A stretch of DNA of 64,000 nt from an uncultured bacterium (GCA_903906425.1 CAIVKH010000124.1:35981-99980); one strand, 5' to 3'. Shown: positions 8,263 to 18,489, counted from the first letter of the stretch. A program made the numbers and translations. Notes: a model not told the origin generated them from the sequence alone.

Positions 8263-9501
8263 ATGACACCTTTTCCGGCCTCAAATTCTGTCGAAGATCC
8301 GGCCCTGACCGGCAAGACTTTCCGCAGCCAGCGTTACGATCTGGCGGTGGACACGATTTCGCGCGAGGAGATCGACGAGGTCATCAAGTGGCTGCAGGGT
8401 TATCCGCGCCTGACGATGGCCGACGAGACGAAGCGCTTCGAGGAGATGTGGTCGAAGTGGCTGGGCGTGAAGTACAGCGTGATGTGCAACTCGGGTTCGT
8501 CCGCGAATCTGCTGATGTACGCCGCCGCCGAGTCGTCGGGCCGCGCAAAGAAAAAGAAGATCATCGTGCCGGCGACGGGCTGGGCCACGACGATTGCGCC
8601 GGCCGTGCAATTCAACTGGCAGTCGGCGATGTGCGAGTCGTCGCGCAAGACGTTCGGCATGGATCCCGATCAGCTCGCTAAACTTTGCGAGCAGCACAGG
8701 CCGGAGGCGGTGATCGTTGTTCCGGTGCTCGGCGTGCCGTACGACGTGGACGCGATTCTGGAACTGAAGAAGAAATATGGTTTCATGCTTTTCGAGGATT
8801 GCTGCGCGAGCCACGGCGCGTTGCACAAGGGCCAAAAGATCGGAACGTTTGGCGACATGTCGTCGTTCTCGTTTTACTACGGCCACCACATGTCCACAAT
8901 CGAAGGCGGCGTCGTCAGCACGAATGACGAGGAGCTTTATCACCACCTGCTGATGCTCCGCAGCCACGGCTGGCTGAAGGATCTTCCGCAGGAGCTCGCC
9001 GACGCGACGAGGGCGAAATACGGGATCGATAATTTCCGGCAGCCTTTCACGTTCGTGATCCCCGGCTACAACCTGCGCCCGACCGATCTGAACGCGATCA
9101 TCGGCATGCTTCAGCTCAAGAAGCTCGACGCCACGGTGCAGCGCCGCGCTTCGAATCATCTCGTTTATCAGAAGGAACTCGCCGGCGTCGTCGAATTCGC
9201 GCCCGGGCTTCCCGGCGATACGATCAGCAGCATCTCGTTCTGCGCGGTGGCGCGCAGTTCGGCGGAGCGGAAGAAGATCGTCACCGAGCTCGACAAGAAC
9301 AAGATCGATACGCGGATTTTCACAGCTGGCAATCTCGGCTGTCATCCGTTTTGGTTTGAACGCTTCGGCAAGTTCTCGGCACCCGTCGCCGACTGGCTGA
9401 ACCAGGGTGGCTTCTTCCTGCCGAACAACCAGACGCTGGACCGCCCTGAAATCGAGTGGATTTGTGGTATCGTCCGCGATGCTGCAAAACGGAGCGGTTA
9501 A
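8263..9501 (+). CDS. DegT/DnrJ/EryC1/StrS-family PLP/PMP enzyme, RfbH (sugar 3-dehydrase)-like.
   Basis: LTMADETKRFEEMWSKWLGVKYSVMCNSGSSANLL...FSFYYGHHMSTIEGG. The NSGSSANL and xGHHxxxxEGG blocks are the RfbH/DegT pattern. Start moved to ATG 8263, downstream of the REP pair. Confidence 0.7.
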   Translation: MTPFPASNSVEDPALTGKTFRSQRYDLAVDTISREEIDEVIKWLQGYPRLTMADETKRFEEMWSKWLGVKYSVMCNSGSSANLLMYAAAESSGRAKKKKIIVPATGWATTIAPAVQFNWQSAMCESSRKTFGMDPDQLAKLCEQHRPEAVIVVPVLGVPYDVDAILELKKKYGFMLFEDCCASHGALHKGQKIGTFGDMSSFSFYYGHHMSTIEGGVVSTNDEELYHHLLMLRSHGWLKDLPQELADATRAKYGIDNFRQPFTFVIPGYNLRPTDLNAIIGMLQLKKLDATVQRRASNHLVYQKELAGVVEFAPGLPGDTISSISFCAVARSSAERKKIVTELDKNKIDTRIFTAGNLGCHPFWFERFGKFSAPVADWLNQGGFFLPNNQTLDRPEIEWICGIVRDAAKRSG

Positions 9502-9504
9502 TTG

Positions 9505-11007
9505 ATGTCTGCCAAGACTGACCTCGTCGTCATCTATCCCAACAACCGCGTCATCGCCTATGGCGACTTGATGCACGAAATCGCCGCGGTCACGCCGCCG
9601 GTCGATGCCGGCCTGATGGTCGCCTCGGTCCGCCACGCGGGACACAGCGTGATCATGCTCGATGCCGAGCAGAAGAATCTTTCCGCGCGCGAGGCCGCCG
9701 CCGAGGCGATCAAAGTTCATCCGCGCCTGATCTGCATCTGCACCGATTTCGTGAACTCCGGCGACGTGACCAAGATGGCCGCGGCGGTCGCCACGCTTCG
9801 CGAAATCAAGGCGGTCAACCGCGGGATTCCCGTGATCATGCAGGGCGTCGTGCCTTCCGCGTATCCCGAAAAGATGCTGAACGAGGAAGGTTGCGACCTC
9901 ATCTGCCAGGGCGAGCCGTACGAAGTGCTGCCCGACCTTCTCCAGTGGATGAAGGATCACGAAGGCGAGACGTGCCCGCCGCAAGACATGGTCGATGGAG
10001 TGTGGGGTTTCCGCGACGGCAAGCTCGTCACGAGCCGACGCCGGCCGATGATCGATCCGAATAAGATGCAGGATATGCCGTGGGACCTGATGCCGCCGAC
10101 GCTCTATCGCGCGCACCACTGGCACTGCTTCGACACGCTCGACCGCCGTACGCCTTACGCAGCCCTGTACACGAACCTCGGCTGCCCGTTCGGCTGCACG
10201 TTCTGCAGCGTCAACGTCGTCGCCGGCCAGTCGAACTTCCGCCAGCGCTCGGTCGATAACGTCATGTCGGAGATTGATCTGCTCGTGACGAAGTACGGCG
10301 TGCGCAACATCCGGCTTCTCGACAACGTCTTCACTATCCGCCTCGATCTCGTCGAGGAGCTTTGCGACAGGATCATCGACCGCGGCTACGACCTGAACTT
10401 CTGGGCCTACGCCCGCGTCGAAACGATCCGCAACATCGACATCCTCCACAAGATGAAGAAGGCCGGCGTCAACTGGCTGGCCTACGGCATCGAGGCCGCG
10501 AGCGAGCGCGTCCGCAAGGCCGTGGACAAGAACACGAATCCGAAATTCATCGAGCGCGCCATCGAGATGACGCAGCAGGCGGACATCGCCATCGTCGGCA
10601 ATTTCATCTTTGGCCTGCCGGAAGACGACATGGAATCCATCCAGATGTCGTTCGACATGGCCAAGCACTACAACTTCGAGTGGGCGAATTTCTACTGCGC
10701 GATGGCGTATCCCGGAACGATCCTCTACGACCAAATGATCAAGGAGGGTGTCGAACTGCCCAAGACATGGTCGGGCTTCGGCCAGTACTCCGCCGACGCG
10801 CTGCCCCTTTCGACGAAATATCTGAAGTCTGCCGAGATCCTGAAATTCCGCGACGAAGCGTTCGTCGAGTACTACACGAATCCGGCTTACTACAAGATGC
10901 TCGAAGCGAAGTTCGGCCCGGCCGCCGTGGACTTCGTGAAGAAGATTCTTTCGATCAAACTTCCCAAACGCAAACACGTCCAGGCCGAGACCCTCGCGGA
11001 GTCCTGA
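9505..11007 (+). CDS. B12-binding radical SAM enzyme (class B).
   Basis: The N-terminal roughly 150 aa look like a cobalamin-binding domain. The CPFGCTFC cluster (CxxxCxxC) follows YTNLG. The ATG lies 3 nt after the DegT stop. Confidence 0.75.
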   Translation: MSAKTDLVVIYPNNRVIAYGDLMHEIAAVTPPVDAGLMVASVRHAGHSVIMLDAEQKNLSAREAAAEAIKVHPRLICICTDFVNSGDVTKMAAAVATLREIKAVNRGIPVIMQGVVPSAYPEKMLNEEGCDLICQGEPYEVLPDLLQWMKDHEGETCPPQDMVDGVWGFRDGKLVTSRRRPMIDPNKMQDMPWDLMPPTLYRAHHWHCFDTLDRRTPYAALYTNLGCPFGCTFCSVNVVAGQSNFRQRSVDNVMSEIDLLVTKYGVRNIRLLDNVFTIRLDLVEELCDRIIDRGYDLNFWAYARVETIRNIDILHKMKKAGVNWLAYGIEAASERVRKAVDKNTNPKFIERAIEMTQQADIAIVGNFIFGLPEDDMESIQMSFDMAKHYNFEWANFYCAMAYPGTILYDQMIKEGVELPKTWSGFGQYSADALPLSTKYLKSAEILKFRDEAFVEYYTNPAYYKMLEAKFGPAAVDFVKKILSIKLPKRKHVQAETLAES

Positions 11008-11022
11008 CGGCGCACGAATCGC

Positions 11023-11634
11023 ATGATCACGAAACTAACCAAACAGGACCTGCTCGATTTCGAAACCGAAATCGCCGACATCTTCAACGCCGCGAAAATC
11101 CGCGCGCCGGTTCATCTTTATTACGGCAACGAAGACGCGATGCTCGAAATCTTCAAGGACATCCGCGAAGACGACTGGGTGCTTTGCTCTTGGCGCAGCC
11201 ATTACCAATGCCTGCTCAAGGGCGTGCCGCGCGAGGAACTCAAAACCGAAATTCTCGCGGGCCGTTCGATTTCACTTTGCTTTCCAAAGCAGCGCGTCTT
11301 CTCGTCGGCCATCGTGACCGGATCGCTGCCGATCGCCACCGGCATCGCGCTGGCGATCAAGCGCACCGGCGGCACGAACAAAGTCTGGTGCTTTGCCGGT
11401 GATATGACTTCGGAGACCGGGCAGTTCTATGAGTGCCTCAAGTACGCCACGAACTTCGACCTGCCGATCCACTTCATCGTCGAGGACAATGGCAAATCCG
11501 TCTGCACCGACACGCGCGAAACGTGGAACCAGCCGGTCCTGACCTATGAAGGCATGAAGCATCCGCGCGTGACCTACTACAAATATCAAACCAAATATCC
11601 GCACGCCGGCGCAGGCCAGCGGGTGCAATTCTGA
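11023..11634 (+). CDS. ThDP-dependent dehydrogenase E1 alpha-like subunit, short form (203 aa).
   Basis: GSLPIATGIALAIKRTGGTNKVWCFAGDMTSETGQFYECLKYATNFDLPIHFIVEDNG is the GDG-x24-NN-type ThDP-binding motif region. Confidence 0.65.
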   Translation: MITKLTKQDLLDFETEIADIFNAAKIRAPVHLYYGNEDAMLEIFKDIREDDWVLCSWRSHYQCLLKGVPREELKTEILAGRSISLCFPKQRVFSSAIVTGSLPIATGIALAIKRTGGTNKVWCFAGDMTSETGQFYECLKYATNFDLPIHFIVEDNGKSVCTDTRETWNQPVLTYEGMKHPRVTYYKYQTKYPHAGAGQRVQF

Positions 11635-11636
11635 CC

Positions 11637-12173
11637 ATGAAATATTTCGATGAACTGAAACGCAGCATGGACTTCCTCGCGCAGGATTCGCGCGTGATGT
11701 TTCTCGGCCAGGCCGTCGCGTGCGCCGGCACCGCGATGTCGAACACGCTCAAGGACGTTTCGAAAACGAAGCTGCTCGAACTTCCCGTCTGCGAAGAACT
11801 GCAAATGGGAATGACCAACGGCCTCGCGCTCGCCGGCCTCGTCCCCGTCACCATTTTTCCCCGCTGGAATTTTTTGGTGCTCGCCGTCAATCAGATTGTC
11901 AACCACCTCGACAAAATGAAAATCATGTCGAATGGCGGCTATCAGCCCAAGGTGATCATCCGGACCGGCATCGGCTCCGAGCGCCCGCTGCACCCGCAGC
12001 ACCAGCACGTCGGCGACTTCACCGCCGCCTTCCGCCTCATGTGCCAGAACATCGAAATCATCCGCCTCGACGAAGCCGACCAGATTTTTCCCGCCTACAA
12101 AAAAGCCCTCGACCGCACCGACGGCAAAAGCACGATCATCGTCGAATACGGCGACTACTATAACGAGAAGTGA
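11637..12173 (+). CDS. ThDP-dependent dehydrogenase E1 beta-like (pyrimidine-binding) subunit, short form (178 aa).
   Basis: VMFLGQAV...LELPVCEELQMGMTNGLALAGLVPVTIFPRWNF resembles the transketolase Pyr domain. Starts 2 nt after the alpha-like gene. Confidence 0.65.
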   Translation: MKYFDELKRSMDFLAQDSRVMFLGQAVACAGTAMSNTLKDVSKTKLLELPVCEELQMGMTNGLALAGLVPVTIFPRWNFLVLAVNQIVNHLDKMKIMSNGGYQPKVIIRTGIGSERPLHPQHQHVGDFTAAFRLMCQNIEIIRLDEADQIFPAYKKALDRTDGKSTIIVEYGDYYNEK

Positions 12174-12188
12174 TCGCGGCCCGATTTC

Positions 12189-12235
12189 TTCCAATCATTG
12201 GAACTTGCCCGCCCGATAACTTCCAATCATTGGAA
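12189..12235. repeat. REP cluster 4: two copies.
   Basis: 12189-12203 and 12221-12235, between convergent genes. Confidence 0.95.
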
Positions 12236-12254
12236 AATTCCGCCCTCGTCGCGG

Positions 12255-15200
12255 TCATGCCCATTCGCAAAGCGATTCGACATGCGCGGCGGAGCCGTCG
12301 CGGAGCCAGCCGTCGAGTTGCGACTGCTCCTTGAGCTGCTGGCCGCGCGAGCGCGGGACCACGATGTAGCGGCAATCCAGTTCGGGCAGCGCGGTCATGT
12401 CGCTCCACAATTTCTCGAATTGCGAAACCGGATAGATGTCTTCCTGTCCGTGACCCCAGCGCTTCTTCACGTCCTTGAGCGTGATGTACGTCGGAATCCG
12501 CGCGCCGACATCGCGGATCGCGGCCATGACGCGCGTTTCGTCTTTCAAATCACCGCGCGTAAGTTTGAAAAGCGCGAGCAGTTTGTCGATGTGGATCCAC
12601 GTGTCCATCGTGTTGTAATACGACAGCGCAAATTCAACCTCTTCGCGCGGCATCGCGAGGCCTTCGACGAGCCGCACGCGGCCGTTGACGCGCGCGAGTC
12701 CGCCGCCGCGGTCCTCCATTCGGCGCGCGATGACTTCGAACGTCAACGCCGCGCCGGATTCGATGTGCAGGCCGAGCAGCGCGGGATCAATGTCCGCGCC
12801 GACGGTGTCAATGTTGTGCAAAAACAAATGCTGCAGATTCGGATTTTCATCGAGCAGCCGCGCGAGAACTCCGTTGCGTAGCAGGTTCGGAATTTCAAAC
12901 CAGTGACCGACAGGATGCAGACATTGGCCGGGAAGATTGTCCGTGTAGTCGTTTCCTTCGCCCGCGCTCTTTGCCCAGCCAATCAGCGCGGTGTGCAAAC
13001 TCTCGCGGACTTTTTGCGCCTGCGCGTCGAGCATCTGCTGCGGCATTTCTTCCCACGCAAAACGGAGATCGCGTTCCATCGGAACCATGCGGACGCCGAC
13101 GGCTCGGCCCGGCGAAAGAACCAGCGGACCGGGATAACCGTAATTGTTTTCGCGCTTCAAATATTCCGCGATGGGATCGTGCGTCAGATAACTCGTCGTG
13201 AAAATATGCGGCAGTGCGTGACCCGCGAGACGTCCGATGCGACGGCTCTTCGCGAGATGAACTTCGACAAACGAACGGTGTTTTCCGCCGAGGCGGCAGA
13301 ATGGATGCAGCGCTTTGACGACGCCCGCACCCTGCGTCCATCGGCTGCCGACACCGGCGGCGAGCGAAACGACGGCAACTGCGCCGCGCGACAAAGCTTC
13401 AAGTCCAATTTTTTTTCCGCGCTCAGGAATGCCACTCGCACAGTTGATTACGTCGGACGGTTTCACGTCTTCGATAAGCGTGCTCGACGACAAGCGATTT
13501 TGCGCGAGGCCGAGACGGCCATCGCGAAGATCGCCGCGGATTTGCTCGTGAAGCTGCGGATCGAAACCGCTTTCTTCGAGCATCCGCGCGAGCGTCGTGC
13601 CGGAATCTCTTTCGCGGCGCGAGCGCGGGAATAGTTTATCGAAAAGCGTTTCAACCATTCCGTTGAACGATTGCGCGTGGCGGCTCGCGGAGCCGAAGCG
13701 TTCGAGTTCCGTTCGAATCGTCGGCGCGAGCGAACGCGGATCGGCGTGAAGCCACTGCGGGACTTTGATCGCGTAATAACCGGGCGGCAGCAGCGCGTCA
13801 TCGTCGCGAAGCAGCGCGGCGTGCGTTCCGTTTTCGTTGATCGCAAAATCATATACGACGGGGTCCATCGCGAACGGCAGCGCGTTTTCGAGTTCGCGTT
13901 TTGTCGAGCGCATCATCGTGCCGAGATAATCCTGCGCGGCGCCGCGAATCGTCGGATCGAAAATAAATCCCATGCCACCGCCGGACATTCCGCCGAGCAT
14001 CCAGAAGCCCCAGAACTTTTCGCCGAAATGTTCTCGGACGCGTTCGATCAACGTCTCCGTGTAATAATTGCTGGCCCACGGAATGATGGTTTGAATCGGG
14101 CCCTCGAAATTGAACGTCGTCGTTTTTCCGATCGCGCGGATGTCGCCATCGCGAAGATTTGCGAGAATTCGGTCGAGCACGCCGATGGCTTCCTTGCGGC
14201 CTTTCCATTCCGCTTCGGAACGCAGCAGATATTTCTCCGTCACCATTTCCAAAATCGGCCCGACGTTCTGCGCCATGCCGCCATGAACGAGCACGAGGCT
14301 TTGCTGCAATTTTTCGCGCGTCGCCTGCGATGCGTCGTTTTGATCGAGGATGCGATGTTGTGGCAGCAATCGCCCGCGGCTGATTCCGAATTCGGGATCG
14401 TCGGGACCGGCCCGAACGCCGCAGATGAGCTTCATCGCGGGCCACAAACCGCCGGAGTCCTGCCAGCCGCCGCCGGAGCCGGCGAGCCATTCTCCGAGAA
14501 TTGCGCGCGCGGCGGCGAGCCGCCGGTCGCTCTCTGCCAGCGGGCCGGTCAGCGCGGAGGCCTGGCTCGTCGCCCTCATGCAAACGGAAATCAAACCGGC
14601 GAGAAGATTCGTCGAGACGGCAAGCCGCGAACCTTTCGGAATGTTGTTCACGCTGCTGACGAGTTCGAGGCCAAGTCCCTTGCCAACCATCCGCGCGAGC
14701 AGATCGGAAAGCTGCTGGCCGGAACCTTCCATGCCGGGCGGCACGAGGCCGGACGCGATGACGGCGGCTTTCAGCAGGCCGAGATAATCCTTCGCGAAAT
14801 CAAAAACATCGGCGAGCTGCGTGATGTCAGCGCTCGCGCCGAGATCAACGCTCGTGAGCCGCAGCACCGGCTCGTCAATGACGCGGAGATATACTTCGAT
14901 CGGCGGTTTCGGCGCGGCATCGCGACCGCGAACGCCGAGATCAATCGAGACGTTGAGCACGCGCGCGCCTTCGGGAAAATCCATGCCGAGGAAAAAGATG
15001 TCGCTCCACGCGCTGTGCGAAAGATCCATCCGCACCGGCGTCAGTTCGCGCAAAACCGGGAACGGTCCATTTTCAGAACTGCGTTTCAAAAGCTCTGGAC
15101 GAATTCGCAACGGCTGGTCGGCGGGATGTCCGATACGAAACATCCACTGATTTCCGCGAACAGATTTCACGCTGCGGCGGACTTGGTTTACGAGTGTTTG

Positions 15201-15584
15201 AAACGCGAGCCGCTGATAGGCCGTCGAAAGCGCGCTGGCGATGGAATCGCTTGGACCCTGCTCGTTTTGCGCTCGAAGAAAGGAGCCGATGGCCTCCTCG
15301 AAACGCCGCATTAGCAAATGATGATAGCCTTCGAACGGCACGACGCCTTCGGGTTTCAGCTCAGCGCGGAGCGGAATGTGGAAACGATAAATTGCATAGA
15401 GGAAAAATAACGCGCGAACTTTTTCGTAGAGGTTTGTGCTGGTGCGGCTGAACGCGTCCAGTTCCGCGCACATCTTCAGCAAATCGTCGAGCAATGCGCC
15501 GCGACAAATCGCGTCGAGCGATTGATCGCGCACGGCGGGGTCGGCGCTGGTGATGATCTCGATCAGTTTTCCATTTGTGGTCAC
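12255..15584 (-). CDS. 1109-aa fusion protein: N-terminal/central fucokinase-like (degenerate GHMP) region plus a C-terminal UDPGP-family sugar-1-phosphate uridylyltransferase domain.
   Basis: GHMP-like blocks: [31 protein letters not shown] and [19 protein letters not shown]-like blocks: [22 protein letters not shown]...[11 protein letters not shown] placed the start at GTG 15584, which is preceded by GGAGAA and lies 23 nt after the upstream stop. The ORF-track ATG at 15716 would overlap the upstream gene by 110 nt. Confidence 0.6.
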   Translation of the reverse strand: MTTNGKLIEIITSADPAVRDQSLDAICRGALLDDLLKMCAELDAFSRTSTNLYEKVRALFFLYAIYRFHIPLRAELKPEGVVPFEGYHHLLMRRFEEAIGSFLRAQNEQGPSDSIASALSTAYQRLAFQTLVNQVRRSVKSVRGNQWMFRIGHPADQPLRIRPELLKRSSENGPFPVLRELTPVRMDLSHSAWSDIFFLGMDFPEGARVLNVSIDLGVRGRDAAPKPPIEVYLRVIDEPVLRLTSVDLGASADITQLADVFDFAKDYLGLLKAAVIASGLVPPGMEGSGQQLSDLLARMVGKGLGLELVSSVNNIPKGSRLAVSTNLLAGLISVCMRATSQASALTGPLAESDRRLAAARAILGEWLAGSGGGWQDSGGLWPAMKLICGVRAGPDDPEFGISRGRLLPQHRILDQNDASQATREKLQQSLVLVHGGMAQNVGPILEMVTEKYLLRSEAEWKGRKEAIGVLDRILANLRDGDIRAIGKTTTFNFEGPIQTIIPWASNYYTETLIERVREHFGEKFWGFWMLGGMSGGGMGFIFDPTIRGAAQDYLGTMMRSTKRELENALPFAMDPVVYDFAINENGTHAALLRDDDALLPPGYYAIKVPQWLHADPRSLAPTIRTELERFGSASRHAQSFNGMVETLFDKLFPRSRRERDSGTTLARMLEESGFDPQLHEQIRGDLRDGRLGLAQNRLSSSTLIEDVKPSDVINCASGIPERGKKIGLEALSRGAVAVVSLAAGVGSRWTQGAGVVKALHPFCRLGGKHRSFVEVHLAKSRRIGRLAGHALPHIFTTSYLTHDPIAEYLKRENNYGYPGPLVLSPGRAVGVRMVPMERDLRFAWEEMPQQMLDAQAQKVRESLHTALIGWAKSAGEGNDYTDNLPGQCLHPVGHWFEIPNLLRNGVLARLLDENPNLQHLFLHNIDTVGADIDPALLGLHIESGAALTFEVIARRMEDRGGGLARVNGRVRLVEGLAMPREEVEFALSYYNTMDTWIHIDKLLALFKLTRGDLKDETRVMAAIRDVGARIPTYITLKDVKKRWGHGQEDIYPVSQFEKLWSDMTALPELDCRYIVVPRSRGQQLKEQSQLDGWLRDGSAAHVESLCEWA

Positions 15585-15606
15585 GGCGTTCTCCGTTTGC
15601 TGCGGT

Positions 15607-16461
15607 TCACGCCGCGGATTTTTCGCGGGCGATGAGGAGTTGCGCGATTTGTTCGAGGACCTCGGCGCGGTCCGCGCCGCTGAGCGCGAGCGCCATCTGG
15701 GCGAGCAGCAGTCCATACTTCACGCCCATGTTGAACCGCTGTCCGGAAATTTCGATGGCGAGGTATCGCTCGCGCGTGGCCAGTTCCGCGAGCGCGGACG
15801 AAAGCTGGATGGACTGATTGGCGGGCGCGTCGCGAAGCTGCCGTTCGAGGATGTCGAGCACGGTTCCGTTGAGCACATGCATTCCGAAGAAGCAGAGGTA
15901 ATGACCGGCGCGCAATCCGGGCACGATCAACTCCTGTTCCGCCTGCGTCGGCGTCGGTTTTTCGCGAACAGTTTCGACGAGATACAGGTTCGAACTTTTT
16001 GGCACGCGGCGTCCGCCGACGGTCCCGTAAAGCGGCAGCATATTTTCGCGCGTTGCCTGCACGGCGCACACGGCACAGTTTTCCGCGGTCGCGGCTTCGA
16101 CGAGTTGCTGAGCGCAGCGGCGCGAGTCGGCACTGATGTAAAGGTGATCGCTGATGAGATGCAGAAACGGCTCGTTGTCGACGAGCGGGCGCGCGCACGT
16201 GAGCGCGTGGCCGTAGCCGCGCGGCTGGTTTTGCTCGACGAATTTCAAGCGGCCCGCGTGGCTGCCGGCGGCCTTCGCGTAGGCCTCGCGGTCGCCGGGG
16301 CAAATCACGACGCCGATTTCCTCGACGCCGGCGGCGAGCGCCTCTTCGATGATGACGCGAAATGCCGATTTCTGTTCGCCGTCGCGATCCACGAGCATGT
16401 GGAGTGGCAACATGCGCTGTTCGCGTCCCGCCGCGGTGATGACTGCCTTCGAAATTTTCAT
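15607..16461 (-). CDS. Sugar-1-phosphate nucleotidyltransferase, GalU (UTP-glucose-1-P uridylyltransferase)-like.
   Basis: [20 protein letters not shown]...QPRGYGHAL, a GalU-type N-terminal signature. Confidence 0.7.
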   Translation of the reverse strand: MKISKAVITAAGREQRMLPLHMLVDRDGEQKSAFRVIIEEALAAGVEEIGVVICPGDREAYAKAAGSHAGRLKFVEQNQPRGYGHALTCARPLVDNEPFLHLISDHLYISADSRRCAQQLVEAATAENCAVCAVQATRENMLPLYGTVGGRRVPKSSNLYLVETVREKPTPTQAEQELIVPGLRAGHYLCFFGMHVLNGTVLDILERQLRDAPANQSIQLSSALAELATRERYLAIEISGQRFNMGVKYGLLLAQMALALSGADRAEVLEQIAQLLIAREKSAA

Positions 16462-16578
16462 GTGTTCACCTATGGCTGCAACGCGGTCCCCGAGCCGGAA
16501 TGCATTGGACGCGGACTATAGCGGACCGCTTTCGCAAAACCAGTGGATTTTCCCCGCGTGCGGAATAGTCTTGCCGGC

Positions 16579-17658
16579 ATGTTGCGGCATTGGTTCACAA
16601 TCTGTTTGATTTCTGTTTTCACCGCCGGCGCGGAGGAGGTTCCGGTCTGGACGACCGGAACGGGCACGACAACGATTGTCTTTCAGCAGGGACTTTTGCG
16701 GATACTGGATTTCACTGTGCGTGGCGACTCGAACGGAGCCTATTCGGCAAATTTTTCCATGACGGCGGATTCGGCGATCAAATTCGTATCGCCGTGGGGA
16801 TCGCCGGATTCGTTTCTGGGCGGCTCGCTGAAATGCGATCACGGATTTGCGCTGACGGCGGCAAACGATGGCAGGACGAACAGCGTCGCGATTTCGCCGC
16901 TCGAACTTTTTGCGCTGAAGGACACGGATGTTTTCGAATTGCGCGACGAAGACGGCGAGCCCGTATTCACCATGGACGGGCTGGATGTTCATTTTGATCC
17001 GGGCCTGCACGCCATTTTTCTACGGCGCGGAAACCTGCGGATCTCGAAAGATTTTGCGCAGGCCATCGGGCGCGCCGAGTTGGCGGGCTTCGTCGTCGGC
17101 GTGGTGGATTGCGAAATCGAGGTCCGCGAACTGGACGCGCGGATTGCGCGCAAGCCCCGACCGTTGCCGGCGGCGTGCGGCCTGCCGGCGGGAACAAACG
17201 CGACATTGAAGCTCCGCGGCGTCGGAGAGGTACAGATGATCGACGAGCCGTCGCACGGGCTGTGTCCGGTGGCGGCGGACGTGGCGCTGGAGAATTCCGG
17301 GCCCGACGCGCTGGAGCTGGCGGCGCTGGAAAATACGCGCCTGGGTTTGAGTTTGCTGGTCGTCAAAGGCGGCGCGACCTCGGAGCTGGTTCGCGTCGAA
17401 CAGCCGATGCGCGTGGATCCGGCGGAGCGCTGTCCGTGCCCCCGACGAAACAAAATTTTATCCCGGTTTCGTCGCGCGCCGCTCGCTGGCCGACGTGATC
17501 GCGCAGAGCGCGTGGCTGCCCGTGCCGGTCGAAACGCTCGACGCGGCGGCGCGCGGCGATGCGCTTCTTTTTTTCGAGGCCCGGCTCGGCAGCGCCTCCG
17601 CCCGCCGCCCGGTGAAACCCGAACGCCGCGGCCCGGGGTGGATCTTCCGCTGAAGTGA
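16579..17658 (+). CDS. Secreted hypothetical protein; the 3' end is probably frameshifted.
   Basis: Signal-like start MLRHWFTICLISVFTAGA. After about 17430 the annotated frame turns Arg-rich, while frame +2 reads protein-like (DETKFYPGFVARRSLADVIAQSAWLPVPVETLDAAARGDALLFFEARLG...) down to TGA 17651-17653. Confidence 0.45.
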   Translation: MLRHWFTICLISVFTAGAEEVPVWTTGTGTTTIVFQQGLLRILDFTVRGDSNGAYSANFSMTADSAIKFVSPWGSPDSFLGGSLKCDHGFALTAANDGRTNSVAISPLELFALKDTDVFELRDEDGEPVFTMDGLDVHFDPGLHAIFLRRGNLRISKDFAQAIGRAELAGFVVGVVDCEIEVRELDARIARKPRPLPAACGLPAGTNATLKLRGVGEVQMIDEPSHGLCPVAADVALENSGPDALELAALENTRLGLSLLVVKGGATSELVRVEQPMRVDPAERCPCPRRNKILSRFRRAPLAGRRDRAERVAARAGRNARRGGARRCASFFRGPARQRLRPPPGETRTPRPGVDLPLK

Positions 17659-17677
17659 TTCGGCAGACTTGCGGAAC

Positions 17678-17789
17678 TTCCAATCATTGGAAAAACCCGA
17701 CGTCGAAATCTTCCAACCATTGGAAAACCCGCGGCGGCAATTTTCCAATCATTGGAAATGCGGCAGCCGGAATCTTCCAATCATTGGAA
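17678..17789. repeat. REP cluster 5: four copies.
   Basis: 17678-17692, 17711-17725 (ttccaaccattggaa, one mismatch), 17743-17757 and 17775-17789. Pitch 33/32/32 bp. Confidence 0.95.
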
Positions 17790-17802
17790 CTGCGCGCCCC
17801 GC

Positions 17803-18489
17803 CTATCCCGCCGCCGCCCGCGGCCGCCGGGTGGTTCTCTCCGTGGTGATCTGGCCGAGCGCCGCGGCGAGGACGGAGTCGGTGCGCGCTTCGGCGCTGA
17901 GCGCTTTGTAGAACCTTTTGTTGAGCCGGTCCACGTCCCGGGTCGCCAGGCGCAACGTTCTGCAGGCGGCCCTTTCGTCGCCTTCCACATCCGCGAGGTC
18001 CTGTTCCAGTTTGGGCAAGGACGCGATCAATGCCACCAGTTCCGCGCGACCCTTGCCGAAGACGGAAATCGCCGGGCGCTGCGGCGTGAGCGTGGCGAGA
18101 TACGCGTCGATCTTCGCGAGCGCGGCCACCAGCTTCCGCGCGCGGGCGGTGGCGTTGTTCGGCGTCCGCGGTTTGATCGCATACATGGCCGGGAGCAGTT
18201 CGAGCAGCATCGCCTCCGCCGGAATTTCGCCGCGAAGCTGCTTCTCCGCAACGTGCGGCAGACGCAAATCCAGATCCCGCACGCCGAGAAAGACCGTTTT
18301 CATCGCGTCCTTTGCCTGACGGGTGTTCGAACTGGTTTCTATGCAATTCTGAACCAATGCATCGAGTCCGTCGGCCGATGCCAGTAGGTCGGAAGCGGAT
18401 AGATTCGCAATGGTCAGCGTCGGAACATGGTTGTGAACGACTGCGGCCGTCTGCTGACTCCTGCTTTGTACCTTCTGAACGGCTTTCAT
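17803..18489 (-). CDS. Hypothetical protein (helical appearance).
   Basis: 228-aa ORF with ordinary composition. The overlapping 281-aa ORF in another frame is Arg/Gly-rich. No motif recognised. Confidence 0.45.
   Translation of the reverse strand: MKAVQKVQSRSQQTAAVVHNHVPTLTIANLSASDLLASADGLDALVQNCIETSSNTRQAKDAMKTVFLGVRDLDLRLPHVAEKQLRGEIPAEAMLLELLPAMYAIKPRTPNNATARARKLVAALAKIDAYLATLTPQRPAISVFGKGRAELVALIASLPKLEQDLADVEGDERAACRTLRLATRDVDRLNKRFYKALSAEARTDSVLAAALGQITTERTTRRPRAAAG

Noticed and set aside
8281-10977. 898-aa minus-strand ORF. Similar cases are 19520..22249 (909 aa), 34279..36561 (760 aa), 13671..15314 (547 aa), 4690..6477 (595 aa) and 39713..41164 (483 aa).
   Set aside because: Each lies antisense to, or out of frame with, genes that have clear family motifs. 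Their translations are Arg/Gly/Ala/Asp-rich low-complexity strings, typical of stop-poor alternative frames in high-GC DNA.
17678-17789. The four-copy (and other two- or three-copy) repeat/spacer clusters look superficially like miniature CRISPR arrays.
   Set aside because: The repeats are only 15 bp and perfectly palindromic, and the spacers are 17-18 bp with a shared GC-rich form. Arrays never exceed four copies, 18 separate clusters are scattered between ordinary genes, and no cas genes are present. They behave like REP/BIME-type elements.
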